Source: a virus
Lineage: Duplodnaviria; Caudoviricetes
Virus record (IMG/VR): IMGVR_UViG_2932385599_000003
Coordinates: 1 to 64,000 of that record
Strand: one strand, 5' to 3'
Length of the DNA stretch: 64,000 bases
The notes beneath the pieces are model-generated. The model was not told the origin of the DNA. It did not search any database and saw nothing but the letters and a program-made list of their open reading frames with translations. Of the stretch, positions 47,539 to 57,406 are shown in pieces. Both the position numbers and the translations under genes were made by a program. Numbering within the stretch: the stretch's first letter is position 1; every line of letters begins with the position of its first letter.

Positions 47539-49166
47539 CCGACATCGGCCGTAAGCTCGCCCAGCTTGAGAGGCGGCTCGCCGCCGTCGAGCGGCAGTCC
47601 CGCCTCGGGTCCGCCAGCGTCGACAACACCGCCCTGGAGATCCGCGACCAGGCCGGGTCCCTGCGCGGCCTGATCGGGCAGCAGGCCGACGGCACCACCG
47701 CCGTCAACATCACCAACGGGCCCACCCCGCCCGCGCCGTCCACCCCGAGCGTCGCCCCGGCCCTCGGCGGTCTCGCCGTCACCTGGGACGGCACCTTCAC
47801 CGACAGCACCCCGACGCCGCTGGACTGGGCCCGCGTCGAGGTCCACACCGGCGCCACCATCGACTTCACCCCGACCCCCGACACCCTCCAGGCCACCATC
47901 GAGACCCCGCAGGGCGCCGTCGCCTACGTCCCGACCAGCACACCGCTGTACGTGCTCCTGCTGGCCCGGAACACCTCCGGCACCGCCTCCGCACCCACCA
48001 CGACCGTCGGCCCGTACGAGCCGCGCCCGGTCGCCGACGACATCGGCCCCGGCGGCATCACCACCACCCACATCGCCGACGACGCCATCACCACCCCCAA
48101 GATCCTCGCCAACGCCATCGTCACCGCGCACCTCGCCGCCGGCAGCGTCGACGCCACCGCCCTCAAGGCCGACGCGATCACCGGCAAGACCATCACCGGC
48201 GGCACCGTCACCGGCAGCACCGTCCAGACCAGCGGCACCGGGCAGCGCCTCGTCCTCAACCCCAACGCCGCCGACCCCGGCGACCCCCTCAACACCGTCC
48301 CCGCCGTCGAACTCCACTCCGGCGCCGTCAGCCAGGTCACCCCCGGCTTCCTCTCCGCGAAGATCTCCGACGACACCCCGGCCCGCCCCTACGTGTCCCT
48401 GCGCTCCCCGGCCGTCGACACCGAAGGCCCCGGCGACACCGCCGACCTGCCCATCGACTCCGAGCTGCGCCTCTACTCCAGCCAGCCCGGCGTCCGCGGC
48501 GGCAGCTTCCTGCTGGACGCCAACCCCAACCCCTACGCCGACCAGTACGGCCTCTCCCGCGTCCGCGGCTACGTCGCCGACAGCACCACCGACACCAGCC
48601 TCCTCGAACTCAGCTGCTTCGACGCCGACAGCGCCCCCGGCGGCTCCGGAACCCTGGGGCCCGGCACCACCGTCGAGATGACGGGCAGCCAGATCCGGCT
48701 GCGCGCCCAACGCTCCGGCGCCGACTTCTCCACCTACATCACCCCCGACGGCTTGACCGTGTCCGGCACCAACTGGACGACGTACACCCCGACCGTCGCG
48801 GGCGGCGGCACCGCCACCTACACCACCCGCACCGGCTACTACTGGAAGCTCGGCAAGGTCGTCTTCGTCACCATCGACATCACCGTCGGCGCGGCCGGCT
48901 CCGGCGCCAGCCTCGTCACCATCACCGCCCCCAGCAACATCGACCGCAGCGCCCGGCAGATCCTGCCCATCCAAGGCCGCGGCGTGTACCTGTCCGGGAT
49001 GGCCGCCACCGGCAGCGCCCTGGCCATGGAGACCGGCTCCGGCGCCGTCATCGACCAGCTCGTCATGTCCAACGACTCCGCCACCAACCGCGACGGCGTC
49101 CTCACCGGCGCCAACCTCATCGGCGGCGCCCGCCTCACCATCACCGGCTGGTACCGCGAAGCCTGA
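47535..49166 (+). CDS. tail fiber / central spike protein
   Basis: Coiled-coil N-terminus, fibronectin-like region, ITxxxI repeats, WTTYTPT...GYYWKLG. Confidence 0.8.
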   Translation: MTDIGRKLAQLERRLAAVERQSRLGSASVDNTALEIRDQAGSLRGLIGQQADGTTAVNITNGPTPPAPSTPSVAPALGGLAVTWDGTFTDSTPTPLDWARVEVHTGATIDFTPTPDTLQATIETPQGAVAYVPTSTPLYVLLLARNTSGTASAPTTTVGPYEPRPVADDIGPGGITTTHIADDAITTPKILANAIVTAHLAAGSVDATALKADAITGKTITGGTVTGSTVQTSGTGQRLVLNPNAADPGDPLNTVPAVELHSGAVSQVTPGFLSAKISDDTPARPYVSLRSPAVDTEGPGDTADLPIDSELRLYSSQPGVRGGSFLLDANPNPYADQYGLSRVRGYVADSTTDTSLLELSCFDADSAPGGSGTLGPGTTVEMTGSQIRLRAQRSGADFSTYITPDGLTVSGTNWTTYTPTVAGGGTATYTTRTGYYWKLGKVVFVTIDITVGAAGSGASLVTITAPSNIDRSARQILPIQGRGVYLSGMAATGSALAMETGSGAVIDQLVMSNDSATNRDGVLTGANLIGGARLTITGWYREA

Positions 49167-49343
49167 CCAGCACCACCAGGGGCGGGAGCAGGGCAGTACG
49201 CTCCCGCCCCTCCGCATACGCTGGGCCCACGGCGACCCTCCGCCACCGCTCCACCCCCGAGGGACTGCACGCCCAGCCCCCTGGCCGCGCGCAGCACACC
49301 AGCCACCAGCTCTGGGCGCGGGGAGATCCAGGAGCTCGGGCGG

Positions 49344-50165
49344 ATGCCCACCCACCCCACCATCGACGCGTACGCGTACCCGGTCCAGCCGTCCCTCGGC
49401 CGCCACCACGTCCTGGACGGACGCAGCCTCGCCTACCGGCGCCCCTACGACGGCCACCGGCTGCGCACCGCCGCGTGGGAACCGCGCATCCCCGTCCTCG
49501 ACCAGCGCAACCTGATCGCCCAGGGCATCCACACCAGCACGATGGGCCTGGACACCGACATCGACGCGCTCGCCTCGTGCACCGGCAACGCCGCCACGAC
49601 CCTGCTGTCCGTCATCGCGCCGGACCGCGCCACCGCCGACGGCCTCGACCTCGCCGACACCGCGGCCGCCCAGCGGTACGCGATCAGCCTGTACGCCGAC
49701 GCCACCCGGCAAGACCGCTGGCACACTTCCTGCTGGCCCACCGACGACTGCGGCTCCTCCGGCCTCGGCGCCGCCAAGGCCTTGCGCGCACGCGGCCTGA
49801 TCGACCAGTACGGGCACGCCACCACCGCCGAGGAACTCTGCGCCCTCCTGCAGACCGGTCCCGTCCTCCTCGGCATGCCCTGGTACGCCGCGTTCTCCGA
49901 GCCGGACGGCGACGGCTTCATCGACAACGTCGCCTGGTCCGCGTCCCCCCTCGAAGGCGGCCACGAGGTGTGCGTCACCGCCCTCGAACGCGTCCCGAAC
50001 TGGGACGGGACCGTCGACTACGACCACACCATCCTCCGCTTCCGGAACTCCTGGGGCCCCTCCTGGGGCGACCACGGCGACGCCCGGATGCGCCTGTCCA
50101 CCTACCTCGCCCTGCGCGACCACTGCGACGTCATCCAGCCCCGACTCGACGGAGTGACCCCGTGA
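49344..50165 (+). CDS. papain-like (C1) cysteine peptidase
   Basis: VLDQ, SCTGNA (Cys), GGHEV (His), RNSWG (Asn). Confidence 0.8.
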   Translation: MPTHPTIDAYAYPVQPSLGRHHVLDGRSLAYRRPYDGHRLRTAAWEPRIPVLDQRNLIAQGIHTSTMGLDTDIDALASCTGNAATTLLSVIAPDRATADGLDLADTAAAQRYAISLYADATRQDRWHTSCWPTDDCGSSGLGAAKALRARGLIDQYGHATTAEELCALLQTGPVLLGMPWYAAFSEPDGDGFIDNVAWSASPLEGGHEVCVTALERVPNWDGTVDYDHTILRFRNSWGPSWGDHGDARMRLSTYLALRDHCDVIQPRLDGVTP

Positions 50166-51535
50166 CCACCAGCACCGGCGCCTACCACGTGGCGGTCGAC
50201 CACCTCGACCCCGACACCCTCACCCCCACCACCACCTACCTGGGCACCTGCGACCAGGCCCACGTCGACGAGGTCCGCGCCATCGCCGCCCTCGACACCA
50301 GCCCCCACCACCTCCTCGACCACCCCCGCCAGCCGGGCGCGTTCCTCGTGCTCCGTGCGGACGGCGACCTCGACGTGTACGTCCCGGTCGACGCGCCCGA
50401 CTACACCGTCCGCACCCCCGACCCGGACCCGCAGGACCCGGCCGCGGGCGGCAGCATCGACACCCCGGCGCCGGGCGCGGCGGATCGGCCCGTCGAGCCG
50501 GACCGGCCGCGCGGCGCCGCCGGGCCCGCCTACATCGCCGGCGCCGTCCGCTTCGGCGCGCAGCGCATCGGCGGCGCCATGGACACCCCCACCGCCCCGC
50601 CCCGCGCCGTCTGGCACACCACCGAGTCCCCGGCCGGCAGCGCCTACTTCTACTCCATCGCCGCCTACCTCATACGGGTCGGCGCCGAACCCCAGGTCAT
50701 CTACGACCCCGAGTCGGACCGGCTCGGCCAGTTCGGGCCGCTCACCTCCTCCGGCCGCGCCCTGCGCAACGACGGCGCCCGCCGCACCAACCGCGAAGGC
50801 CGAGTGTGCATCCAGGTCGAGGTCCTCGGCCGCGCCCGCTCCCCGTGGACGAACGGCTTCGACCCGGCGGCGAAGCCGAACTACCGCAAGCTGATCGCCG
50901 CGATGCGCGCCCACGGCATCCCCGACACCTGGCCAGCCGGGCCGCCGCCGGCGACCGCCGCCGCCGCGACCCGCCGCGACCGCACCACCTGGCAGACCAA
51001 GGGCGGCCACTACGGGCACTCCCAGGTCCCCGGCAACGACCACTGGGACCCCGGCGCCATCGACACCAGCCTCGTGCCCGGACCGCGCCCCGGCACCGGC
51101 GACGACACCCCCGCCGCCGGCAGCGGCGTGTACGTGGTGAAGAAGGGCGACACCCTCTCCGCCATCGCCGTCCGCCACAGCACCACCACCGCGGCCCTGG
51201 CCAAGCTCAACGACATCAAGGACCCCGACCGCATCCGCGCCGGGCAGCGGCTCCGCCTCCCCGGAGTCGCTGCGGCCAAGCCGCAGTACGAGCCGTTCCC
51301 CGGCGCCGCGTTCTTCCACACCGGCCGACGCAGCCCCCTCGTCACCGCGATGGGCCGCCGCCTGGTCGCCGAGGGCTGCGGCCGCTACAACCACGGCCCC
51401 GGCCCGCAGTGGACCAACGCCGACCGCGCCTCCTACGCCGCGTGGCAGCGCAAGCTCGGCTACTCCGGCACGGACGCGGACGGCATCCCCGGCAAGGCGT
51501 CCTGGGACGCCCTCAAGGTCCCCAAGCAGCTCTGA
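50162..51535 (+). CDS. endolysin: N-terminal domain, Zn amidase, LysM, peptidoglycan-binding domain
   Basis: VWHTTES, IQVEV, GHSQVPGNDHWDPG, YVVKKGDTLSAIA, ADGIPGKASW. Confidence 0.9.
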   Translation: MTTSTGAYHVAVDHLDPDTLTPTTTYLGTCDQAHVDEVRAIAALDTSPHHLLDHPRQPGAFLVLRADGDLDVYVPVDAPDYTVRTPDPDPQDPAAGGSIDTPAPGAADRPVEPDRPRGAAGPAYIAGAVRFGAQRIGGAMDTPTAPPRAVWHTTESPAGSAYFYSIAAYLIRVGAEPQVIYDPESDRLGQFGPLTSSGRALRNDGARRTNREGRVCIQVEVLGRARSPWTNGFDPAAKPNYRKLIAAMRAHGIPDTWPAGPPPATAAAATRRDRTTWQTKGGHYGHSQVPGNDHWDPGAIDTSLVPGPRPGTGDDTPAAGSGVYVVKKGDTLSAIAVRHSTTTAALAKLNDIKDPDRIRAGQRLRLPGVAAAKPQYEPFPGAAFFHTGRRSPLVTAMGRRLVAEGCGRYNHGPGPQWTNADRASYAAWQRKLGYSGTDADGIPGKASWDALKVPKQL

Positions 51536-51578
51536 CCCCCTGGTACCGCCCACCCCTCTCACCCCTATGGAGACACCT

Positions 51579-51938
51579 GTGTCCACCCCGAAGTTCCTCG
51601 GCCGCGAACCCGCCGCCTGGCTCGCCCTGGTCGCCGTCCTCGTCAAGCTCGCCGCCGCGTTCGGCTGGGACGCCAGCCCCGCCGTGCAGGCCGCCGTCAA
51701 CGGCTTCGCCGCCGCGGGCATGGGCGTCCTCATCGCCGTCGTCGCCAAGGACGGGCTCGGCGCAGCCCTCGTCGGCTTCGCCCAGGGCGCCCTCGCCCTC
51801 GCGCTCGGCCTCGGCCTCGACTGGTCCAGCGAGCGACAGGCCGTCGTCATGGCCTTCGTGACCGTCGCCGTCGGCATGTGGGACCGCACCCAGGTCACCG
51901 CCCCCGTCCCGCCCACCCGCCCGCTCACCACCACCTGA
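51579..51938 (+). CDS. holin (putative)
   Basis: FLGREPAAWLAL; four TM segments; RTQVT; follows the lysin. Confidence 0.8.
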   Translation: MSTPKFLGREPAAWLALVAVLVKLAAAFGWDASPAVQAAVNGFAAAGMGVLIAVVAKDGLGAALVGFAQGALALALGLGLDWSSERQAVVMAFVTVAVGMWDRTQVTAPVPPTRPLTTT

Positions 51939-51975
51939 CCATCCGCACTACGCCACCCCCCACCTGGAGCACGCC

Positions 51976-52269
51976 GTGACGGACGACCCGACCCCCGGAG
52001 AGATGGTCCGACGCCTGGAAGACCGCCTCACCGACGTCCGCGACGACATCCAGCAACTCGAGCGGCGCCTCGACGGCAAGGTCGACCAGCGCATCTACGA
52101 CCTCCGCCACGAAGCGCTGGCCTCTCGGGTGTCGACGCTGGAGACGCACCGGGAGAAGGACACCGAGAAGCTCGTCGCGACCCGACGCTGGCTGATCGGC
52201 GCGGTGATCGTGCCGCTGGTCGGGATCCTCCTCCCGGTCATCATCCTGCTGAGCAGGGGGACATCATGA
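51976..52269 (+). CDS. coiled-coil plus TM membrane protein (lysis cassette)
   Basis: [11 protein letters not shown]...[17 protein letters not shown]. Confidence 0.75.
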   Translation: MTDDPTPGEMVRRLEDRLTDVRDDIQQLERRLDGKVDQRIYDLRHEALASRVSTLETHREKDTEKLVATRRWLIGAVIVPLVGILLPVIILLSRGTS

Positions 52270-52952
52270 GGTCGACGATCCGAGCCGAGGAGCGGCGCTG
52301 GCGACGAGGGGACGTCCTGGCCATCGCCGCGGCGCTCGCCCTCGGGACCGCGTTCGCGTGGATCATCCTGTCGGTGCAGGCGCTCCGCGAAGACCTGCAC
52401 ACGGCGAACGCCGCCCGCGACGCTCTCGCCGAGCAGGTCCTGCAGCTGGGGGAGAAGCCGGTGGCGGGGGAACCCGGCGACCGGGGCGCCCCCGGCCGGA
52501 CCGTCGTCGGCCCGGCCGGAGCACAGGGTCCTCCCGGCCCAGTCGGCCCGCCGGGCCTGCCGGGCGCCTCCATCACGGGCCCGCCCGGCCCGGTCGGCCC
52601 GTCCTCGACCGTGCCGGGCCCGGCCGGGCAGGACGCCGTGGGCGAGGCCGGCCCGCCCGGCCCCGCCGGGTCCCCCGGCCCGGCGGGACCTCCAGGGCCG
52701 GCCGGACAGGACGGCACCGACGGCACCGACGGCCAGGCCGGGGCGGACGGCCGCGACGGGCAACCCCCCACGGGCTGGACCTACACCGACCCCCAGGGCA
52801 CCACCTACACCTGCACCCGCGCGCCCGACTTCGACCCGACAGCCCCCCGCTACACCTGCACCACAACCGCCCCGGCGCCCGGCCCCGGCCCGGCCCCCAG
52901 CCCCAGCGCACCCAACACCATCGCGCTCGCGCCTGAGCGCCGCCGTCTCTAG
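52266..52952 (+). CDS. membrane-anchored collagen-like protein
   Basis: N-terminal TM, Gly-X-Y repeats, C-terminal YTC...YTC. Confidence 0.8.
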   Translation: MRSTIRAEERRWRRGDVLAIAAALALGTAFAWIILSVQALREDLHTANAARDALAEQVLQLGEKPVAGEPGDRGAPGRTVVGPAGAQGPPGPVGPPGLPGASITGPPGPVGPSSTVPGPAGQDAVGEAGPPGPAGSPGPAGPPGPAGQDGTDGTDGQAGADGRDGQPPTGWTYTDPQGTTYTCTRAPDFDPTAPRYTCTTTAPAPGPGPAPSPSAPNTIALAPERRRL

Positions 52953-52961
52953 GAGCACGCC

Positions 52962-54971
52962 GTGCCGTTCCCCGAGGGCCTGCCGACCACCCTGCTCACC
53001 TACACCGCGGTGAACCCCGCCGGCGGCGGCCCGGCCACCGGCACCGTCGAGTTCGCGCCGACCGTCCCCGCCATCACCCTCCCCGGCCACGAGACGGTGT
53101 TCACCGGCCGCGGCACCTACGCCTTCGACGCCCTCGGCCGGCTCGTCGACGGCGACCAGATCGGCGTACGGCTCCTGCCCAACGACGTGCCCGACGCCAA
53201 CCCGACCACGTGGGCGTGGCTGGTGACCGTACGCGTCACCGGCGCGCCCGCCCGCTCCTTCTACATCCGCCTGTCCACCAGCCAGCCCACCGTCGACCTG
53301 GCCGCCCTGGACCACGCCGACCCGGCCCGCGCCCAGTACGTCCTCGTGCCCGGCCCCCAGGGAGAACCCGGGCCCGCAGGCCCCGCCGGGGCTGACGGGG
53401 CGCCGGGGGAGCAGGGGCCCAAGGGCGACACCGGCGAGATGGGCCCGCAGCCGCCCCTCGGCGCGGCCGGCGCCGGCCCGACCATCGCCCTGCGCTCCGA
53501 CGACCCCACCACCACCAACCCCCGGACCCCCCTGGCCCACGCCGGCTCCCACGCCCCGGGCGGCACCGACCCGCTCACCGCAGCAGCGATCGGCGCCGAG
53601 ACCCCCGACGGCGCGCAGGCCAAGGCCGACGCCGCCCAGCAGGCCGCCATCACCGCAGCGGCGGCGGACGCCACCACCAAGGCCCAGGCCGCGCAGACCG
53701 CCGCCGTCCAAGCCGCAGCCACCGACACGACAAGCCAAGTCGCCTCCCACACCGCGGGCACCGACCCGCACAGCGACCGCGCCTGGGCCCGCGCCCGCTT
53801 CCTGCCCACGGCCACCTCGCGCCGCCGTGACCTTCCCGACCCGGCCCTCGCCGACGGCCTCCACACCGGCACCGCACCGACCATCACCACCACCCAGACC
53901 ACCACCCCCACCAGCGGCTACATCAAGTACGCGCCGCCCGGAGTCGCCCTGACCGGCACCGACGTGACCGGCCCGTTCACCTACGCCGGCGCGGGCGGCT
54001 TCCAGATCGGCACCTCCGGGGCGAACCTCTCCTACGTCAAGCCGACGTCCCGCTACCCCAACACCTACGACTCCGGCCAGTCCGTGTGGGCCCTGGAGTT
54101 CTCCACCGACGCCGCCGTCTTCCAGCTGCGCTTCCAGCACCAGACCGCCGCGATGTACCGCCTGTCCATCGACGGCCGCAAGGCCACCGAACTGATGCAA
54201 CCCGTCGGCGGCACCACGGCCGGCTCCGGGCACATGATGACCGTCGACCTCGGCAGCAGCGCCCCGCGCCGGATCCGTTTCGACTTCTCCACCGTCCCGT
54301 TCGGCGGCATCTACCTCCCCCCGTCGGCCACCATGTGGTCCTCCCCCCTGCAGGGAGGCCGCTTCATGGTCCTCGGCGACAGCATCAGCGACGGCTCCGC
54401 GCAGAACACCGGCGGCGGCGCCGGAACCTGGTTCGCGCGCGCCGCCCGGCTCCTCGGCGCGCCGGACGCCTGGGAGCAGGGCCGGGGCGGCACCGGCTAC
54501 ACCGCCGCCGGGTCCTTCGCCACGTTCGGAACGCGGGCCGCGGCCGACGTCATCGCCTGGGCCCCGACCCGGCTGGTCATCTGGGGCGGCTACAACGACA
54601 ACACCGGCTCCCAGTCGGCCATCGCGACGGCCGCCGCCGACCTGTACGTGCAGATCCGGGCCGGGCTGCCGGACTGCGAGGTGTACGTGATCGGCTGCTG
54701 GGCCCCGACCGGCTCACCGGGCGCCTCCATCACGAACACCGACACCACGCTACGCACCGCGGCGGCCGCCGCCGGGTACCCATTCATCTCCCCGGTGACG
54801 GGCTCGGTGTACGACGCGACGGGCGCCCTGGTCGTGACGCACGGGCCGTGGATCACCGCGGGGAACGCGGCCGCGTACATCGGCGGCGACGGTGTCCATC
54901 CGACGGACGCCGGCCACGTGTACCTGTCGCGCCGGATCGTCGCCGCGGTCCGGGAGCTGATGCCTGCGTGA
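52962..54971 (+). CDS. tail spike-like protein with SGNH/GDSL hydrolase domain
   Basis: Virion-anchor-like N-terminus, short collagen segment, LGDSIS, GGTGY, GGYND, DGVHP. Confidence 0.85.
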   Translation: MPFPEGLPTTLLTYTAVNPAGGGPATGTVEFAPTVPAITLPGHETVFTGRGTYAFDALGRLVDGDQIGVRLLPNDVPDANPTTWAWLVTVRVTGAPARSFYIRLSTSQPTVDLAALDHADPARAQYVLVPGPQGEPGPAGPAGADGAPGEQGPKGDTGEMGPQPPLGAAGAGPTIALRSDDPTTTNPRTPLAHAGSHAPGGTDPLTAAAIGAETPDGAQAKADAAQQAAITAAAADATTKAQAAQTAAVQAAATDTTSQVASHTAGTDPHSDRAWARARFLPTATSRRRDLPDPALADGLHTGTAPTITTTQTTTPTSGYIKYAPPGVALTGTDVTGPFTYAGAGGFQIGTSGANLSYVKPTSRYPNTYDSGQSVWALEFSTDAAVFQLRFQHQTAAMYRLSIDGRKATELMQPVGGTTAGSGHMMTVDLGSSAPRRIRFDFSTVPFGGIYLPPSATMWSSPLQGGRFMVLGDSISDGSAQNTGGGAGTWFARAARLLGAPDAWEQGRGGTGYTAAGSFATFGTRAAADVIAWAPTRLVIWGGYNDNTGSQSAIATAAADLYVQIRAGLPDCEVYVIGCWAPTGSPGASITNTDTTLRTAAAAAGYPFISPVTGSVYDATGALVVTHGPWITAGNAAAYIGGDGVHPTDAGHVYLSRRIVAAVRELMPA

Positions 54972-55203
54972 CCGCCACCCGTGTCCTATAGGAATGGGTC
55001 ACAAATAAGGGATGCAAGCAGACCTGATCAGTCACTTCCTGCATGAGGCGAGCGGCTGATCTGGCACGCGTGCGTTGCCGCCGGGCTCCCGCCGCTGCAG
55101 GGACGCCGGAACTGCCAGGATCACCTGCGGCACTTCATGAGGGGCCGGATCCCGCAGCGCTGATGAGCAGCGGGGGCGGCCGGGCTACGGCGAAGAAAGT
55201 CCC

Positions 55204-55626
55204 TCACCAGTCCTGTGAGGGCTTGTCGGCGGCGTGCTTGAAGACCTCGACGAGGTGCTCGGGGATCTGGTAGCCGAGGACCTTGCCGAAGCCGGGACCC
55301 TGGGGGATGACGACGGTCTCCATCCCGGCGGGCCACCATCCACTGGCGACGCCGCGTTCGATGGCTCGCTTGATGGGGGCGATGTGTCCGCGCAGGCTGC
55401 TGTTCTCATCGTCACGGAGGTCGTTGGCACTGACGTAGCCGCCGTTGGCGGCGGCCTCCTTGATGATGCGGCGGGCGCGGGTGGGCAGGGCGAGGTAGAG
55501 GCGTTCGGCTCGTTCCTTGGTCCAGGTGGCGTCGATCTGTACGTGGGCGGCGTGTTCGGCGAGGAGTGCGAGGAGTCGGTCCTGGAACTCAGGCGTGGCC
55601 TGCTCGACAGTGACGGTGATCTTCAT
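55204..55626 (-). CDS. hypothetical protein, possible wHTH
   Basis: WTKERAERLYLALPTRARRIIKEAAANGGYVS. Confidence 0.7.
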   Translation of the reverse strand: MKITVTVEQATPEFQDRLLALLAEHAAHVQIDATWTKERAERLYLALPTRARRIIKEAAANGGYVSANDLRDDENSSLRGHIAPIKRAIERGVASGWWPAGMETVVIPQGPGFGKVLGYQIPEHLVEVFKHAADKPSQDW

Positions 55627-55763
55627 GAGGGGCCCGTTTCAACTGACCTGGATAGAGGTGCTTCTGACGTGACGAAGGTAGCGCGCCACCACTCGTCTGT
55701 CTAGCGTCTATTCGCTTCTAGTAAACGAGTGAATGGGGTCCCGCGTGTCGGGGTCATGGGGCC

Positions 55764-55795
55764 TGGTTCACGATAAGCTCACATATCGTGAACCA
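55764..55795. other. lox-like recombination site (12-8-12)
   Basis: TGGTTCACGATA-AGCTCACA-TATCGTGAACCA; perfect arms, asymmetric 8-bp spacer, upstream of the recombinase operon. Confidence 0.8.
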
Positions 55796-55819
55796 CTCTG
55801 CTTCTACGGAAGGTGTCTC

Positions 55820-56374
55820 GTGAGCGACTTCGACGCCCGTGCGGCAGCCATCTTCGGCGTCAGTGAAGGGGCGGTGCGGTGGCCCTACGACGTCAGCGGC
55901 ATCGACCGCACCCTGCGCCACCGCGACCCTGAGGCGTTCCGATACGAACTGGCGGTGCTGACCACTAAGCGGTACACCATCGTGGAATGGGCAGAGGTGC
56001 ATGGTCTCAAGGCCAGCCGGGTCAAGTGCTGCCCCCTCTGGCTCACCCGAAAGACGTCCCGTCGTTGCCGCTTCGACAGTCCCTGCCAGTGCCGAACGGA
56101 CCCGGACCGATCCTGGCTCGATCACGACATCTACTGGCTCCGCAACGGCCATCCTGCAGTGATCACCTCAGCCCCCTATGACATCAGCCCGCAGTCCGTT
56201 CAGCGTCTCAAGTGGTGGCACGCGACGCACCGGCACTTGAAGGTAGCCACGGGGGAAGGGTGGTACGGGCACGGAACCTCACAGATCGTCATGTGGAGTA
56301 CCACCCGCATCAAGTACGTGTCGCCGGCCAAGAACATCGACCAGCCCAGCACCTTCATGCGGAGCCATGACTGA
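55820..56374 (+). CDS. hypothetical Cys/Trp-rich protein
   Basis: GGAAGG RBS and GTG; overlaps the recombinase start. Confidence 0.65.
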   Translation: MSDFDARAAAIFGVSEGAVRWPYDVSGIDRTLRHRDPEAFRYELAVLTTKRYTIVEWAEVHGLKASRVKCCPLWLTRKTSRRCRFDSPCQCRTDPDRSWLDHDIYWLRNGHPAVITSAPYDISPQSVQRLKWWHATHRHLKVATGEGWYGHGTSQIVMWSTTRIKYVSPAKNIDQPSTFMRSHD

Positions 56375-57395
56375 TCGCCTCCCAGCAGTCCGGGGCCCCC
56401 TCCTGCCGGTGGAGTTCGACCACGATCTGCAGGCCCGCCTTGCCGCGCTCGACGCCGCGTCCGACACCCACGCCCAGGAGCAGCGGCCCGACAACACGAC
56501 CCGCTCCTACGCCTCGGACTGGAAGACGTGGGCCGCGTTCTGCGCGCAGCTGCGGATCCCGCCGACGGCCGCGACGCCGGGCACGCTTCGGGCATTCGTC
56601 GACTTCCTGTGGAACCGGGAGAAGCGCGCGTACGCCACCGTCGACCGGAAGCTCGCCGGGGTGACTGTGACGCTGCGGCAGCGGTACGGCGTCGTCGTCG
56701 ACCCGGAGGCGACGAAGGCCGCGCGCGAGCTGTTGAAGGACTACCGCCGCCAGGCCGCCGAGCGGGAGGAACCGGTGCGGGGCCGCGGGAAGGCGCCAGC
56801 CATGCGCGTGGACGCCCTGCGGCGGATCGTGGAGAAGTGCTCGGACGACATCTTCGGCGTCCGGGACCGGGCGATGCTGCTGCTGGGCTTCTCGATCGCG
56901 TCCCGCCGCGCGGAGCTGGCCGGGCTGCGCCTGCGGAACGTCGTCGAGGACCCGGACGGGAACGGGCTCGTGGTGGACGTGGTGGTGTCGAAGACGGACC
57001 CGCGTACCGTGCCGGTCCCGTACGGGGCGAACCCGGCGACCTGCCCGGTGCGGGCCTGGAAGGCGTGGGTCGAGCTCTCGGGGATCAGCGACCCGGACCG
57101 GCACGCCTTCCGCCGGATCCACCACACCGGCACGGTGCAGCCGCAGGGGCTGACGCCTCAGCGGGTCGGGGACATCATCACGGCGGCCGGCGCGCGGGCC
57201 CGAGTGCCCGTGCTGTTCACGGGGCACTCGGTACGCTCCGGCATGGCGACCGAGGCGCGGCGGGCGGGTAAGGACCCGAAGGCCATCGCGCAGATTACGG
57301 GGCACAAGCCGAACAGCAGTGTGCTGCATGGGTACATGCAGATCGTCGACCGGTGGGGCGAGGACGACAATGCCCTCGTGGGGATCGGGCTGTGA
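56367..57395 (+). CDS. Cre-like tyrosine recombinase (342 aa)
   Basis: NTTRSYASDW SAM-like domain; RDRAMLLLGF..SRRAEL (R), SKTD (K), GHSVR (HxxR), TGH (H), LHGY (Y); no arm-binding domain. Confidence 0.92.
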   Translation: MTDRLPAVRGPLLPVEFDHDLQARLAALDAASDTHAQEQRPDNTTRSYASDWKTWAAFCAQLRIPPTAATPGTLRAFVDFLWNREKRAYATVDRKLAGVTVTLRQRYGVVVDPEATKAARELLKDYRRQAAEREEPVRGRGKAPAMRVDALRRIVEKCSDDIFGVRDRAMLLLGFSIASRRAELAGLRLRNVVEDPDGNGLVVDVVVSKTDPRTVPVPYGANPATCPVRAWKAWVELSGISDPDRHAFRRIHHTGTVQPQGLTPQRVGDIITAAGARARVPVLFTGHSVRSGMATEARRAGKDPKAIAQITGHKPNSSVLHGYMQIVDRWGEDDNALVGIGL

Positions 57396-57406
57396 GGATG
57401 GGCGGG

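Noticed and set aside
52466-52770. GC-rich 9-bp periodicity
   Set aside because: Explained by collagen Gly-X-Y coding.
54972-55203. Lower-GC gap after the SGNH gene
   Set aside because: No convincing ORF, RBS or structure; possibly a remnant.
55764-55795. Palindrome as a protelomerase (tel) site
   Set aside because: It has an asymmetric 8-bp spacer, whereas tel sites are continuous palindromes; the adjacent enzyme is Cre-sized.
56367-57395. Classical prophage integrase marking an attL/attR boundary
   Set aside because: No arm-binding domain, no tRNA or host genes nearby, and phage genes continue on both sides.
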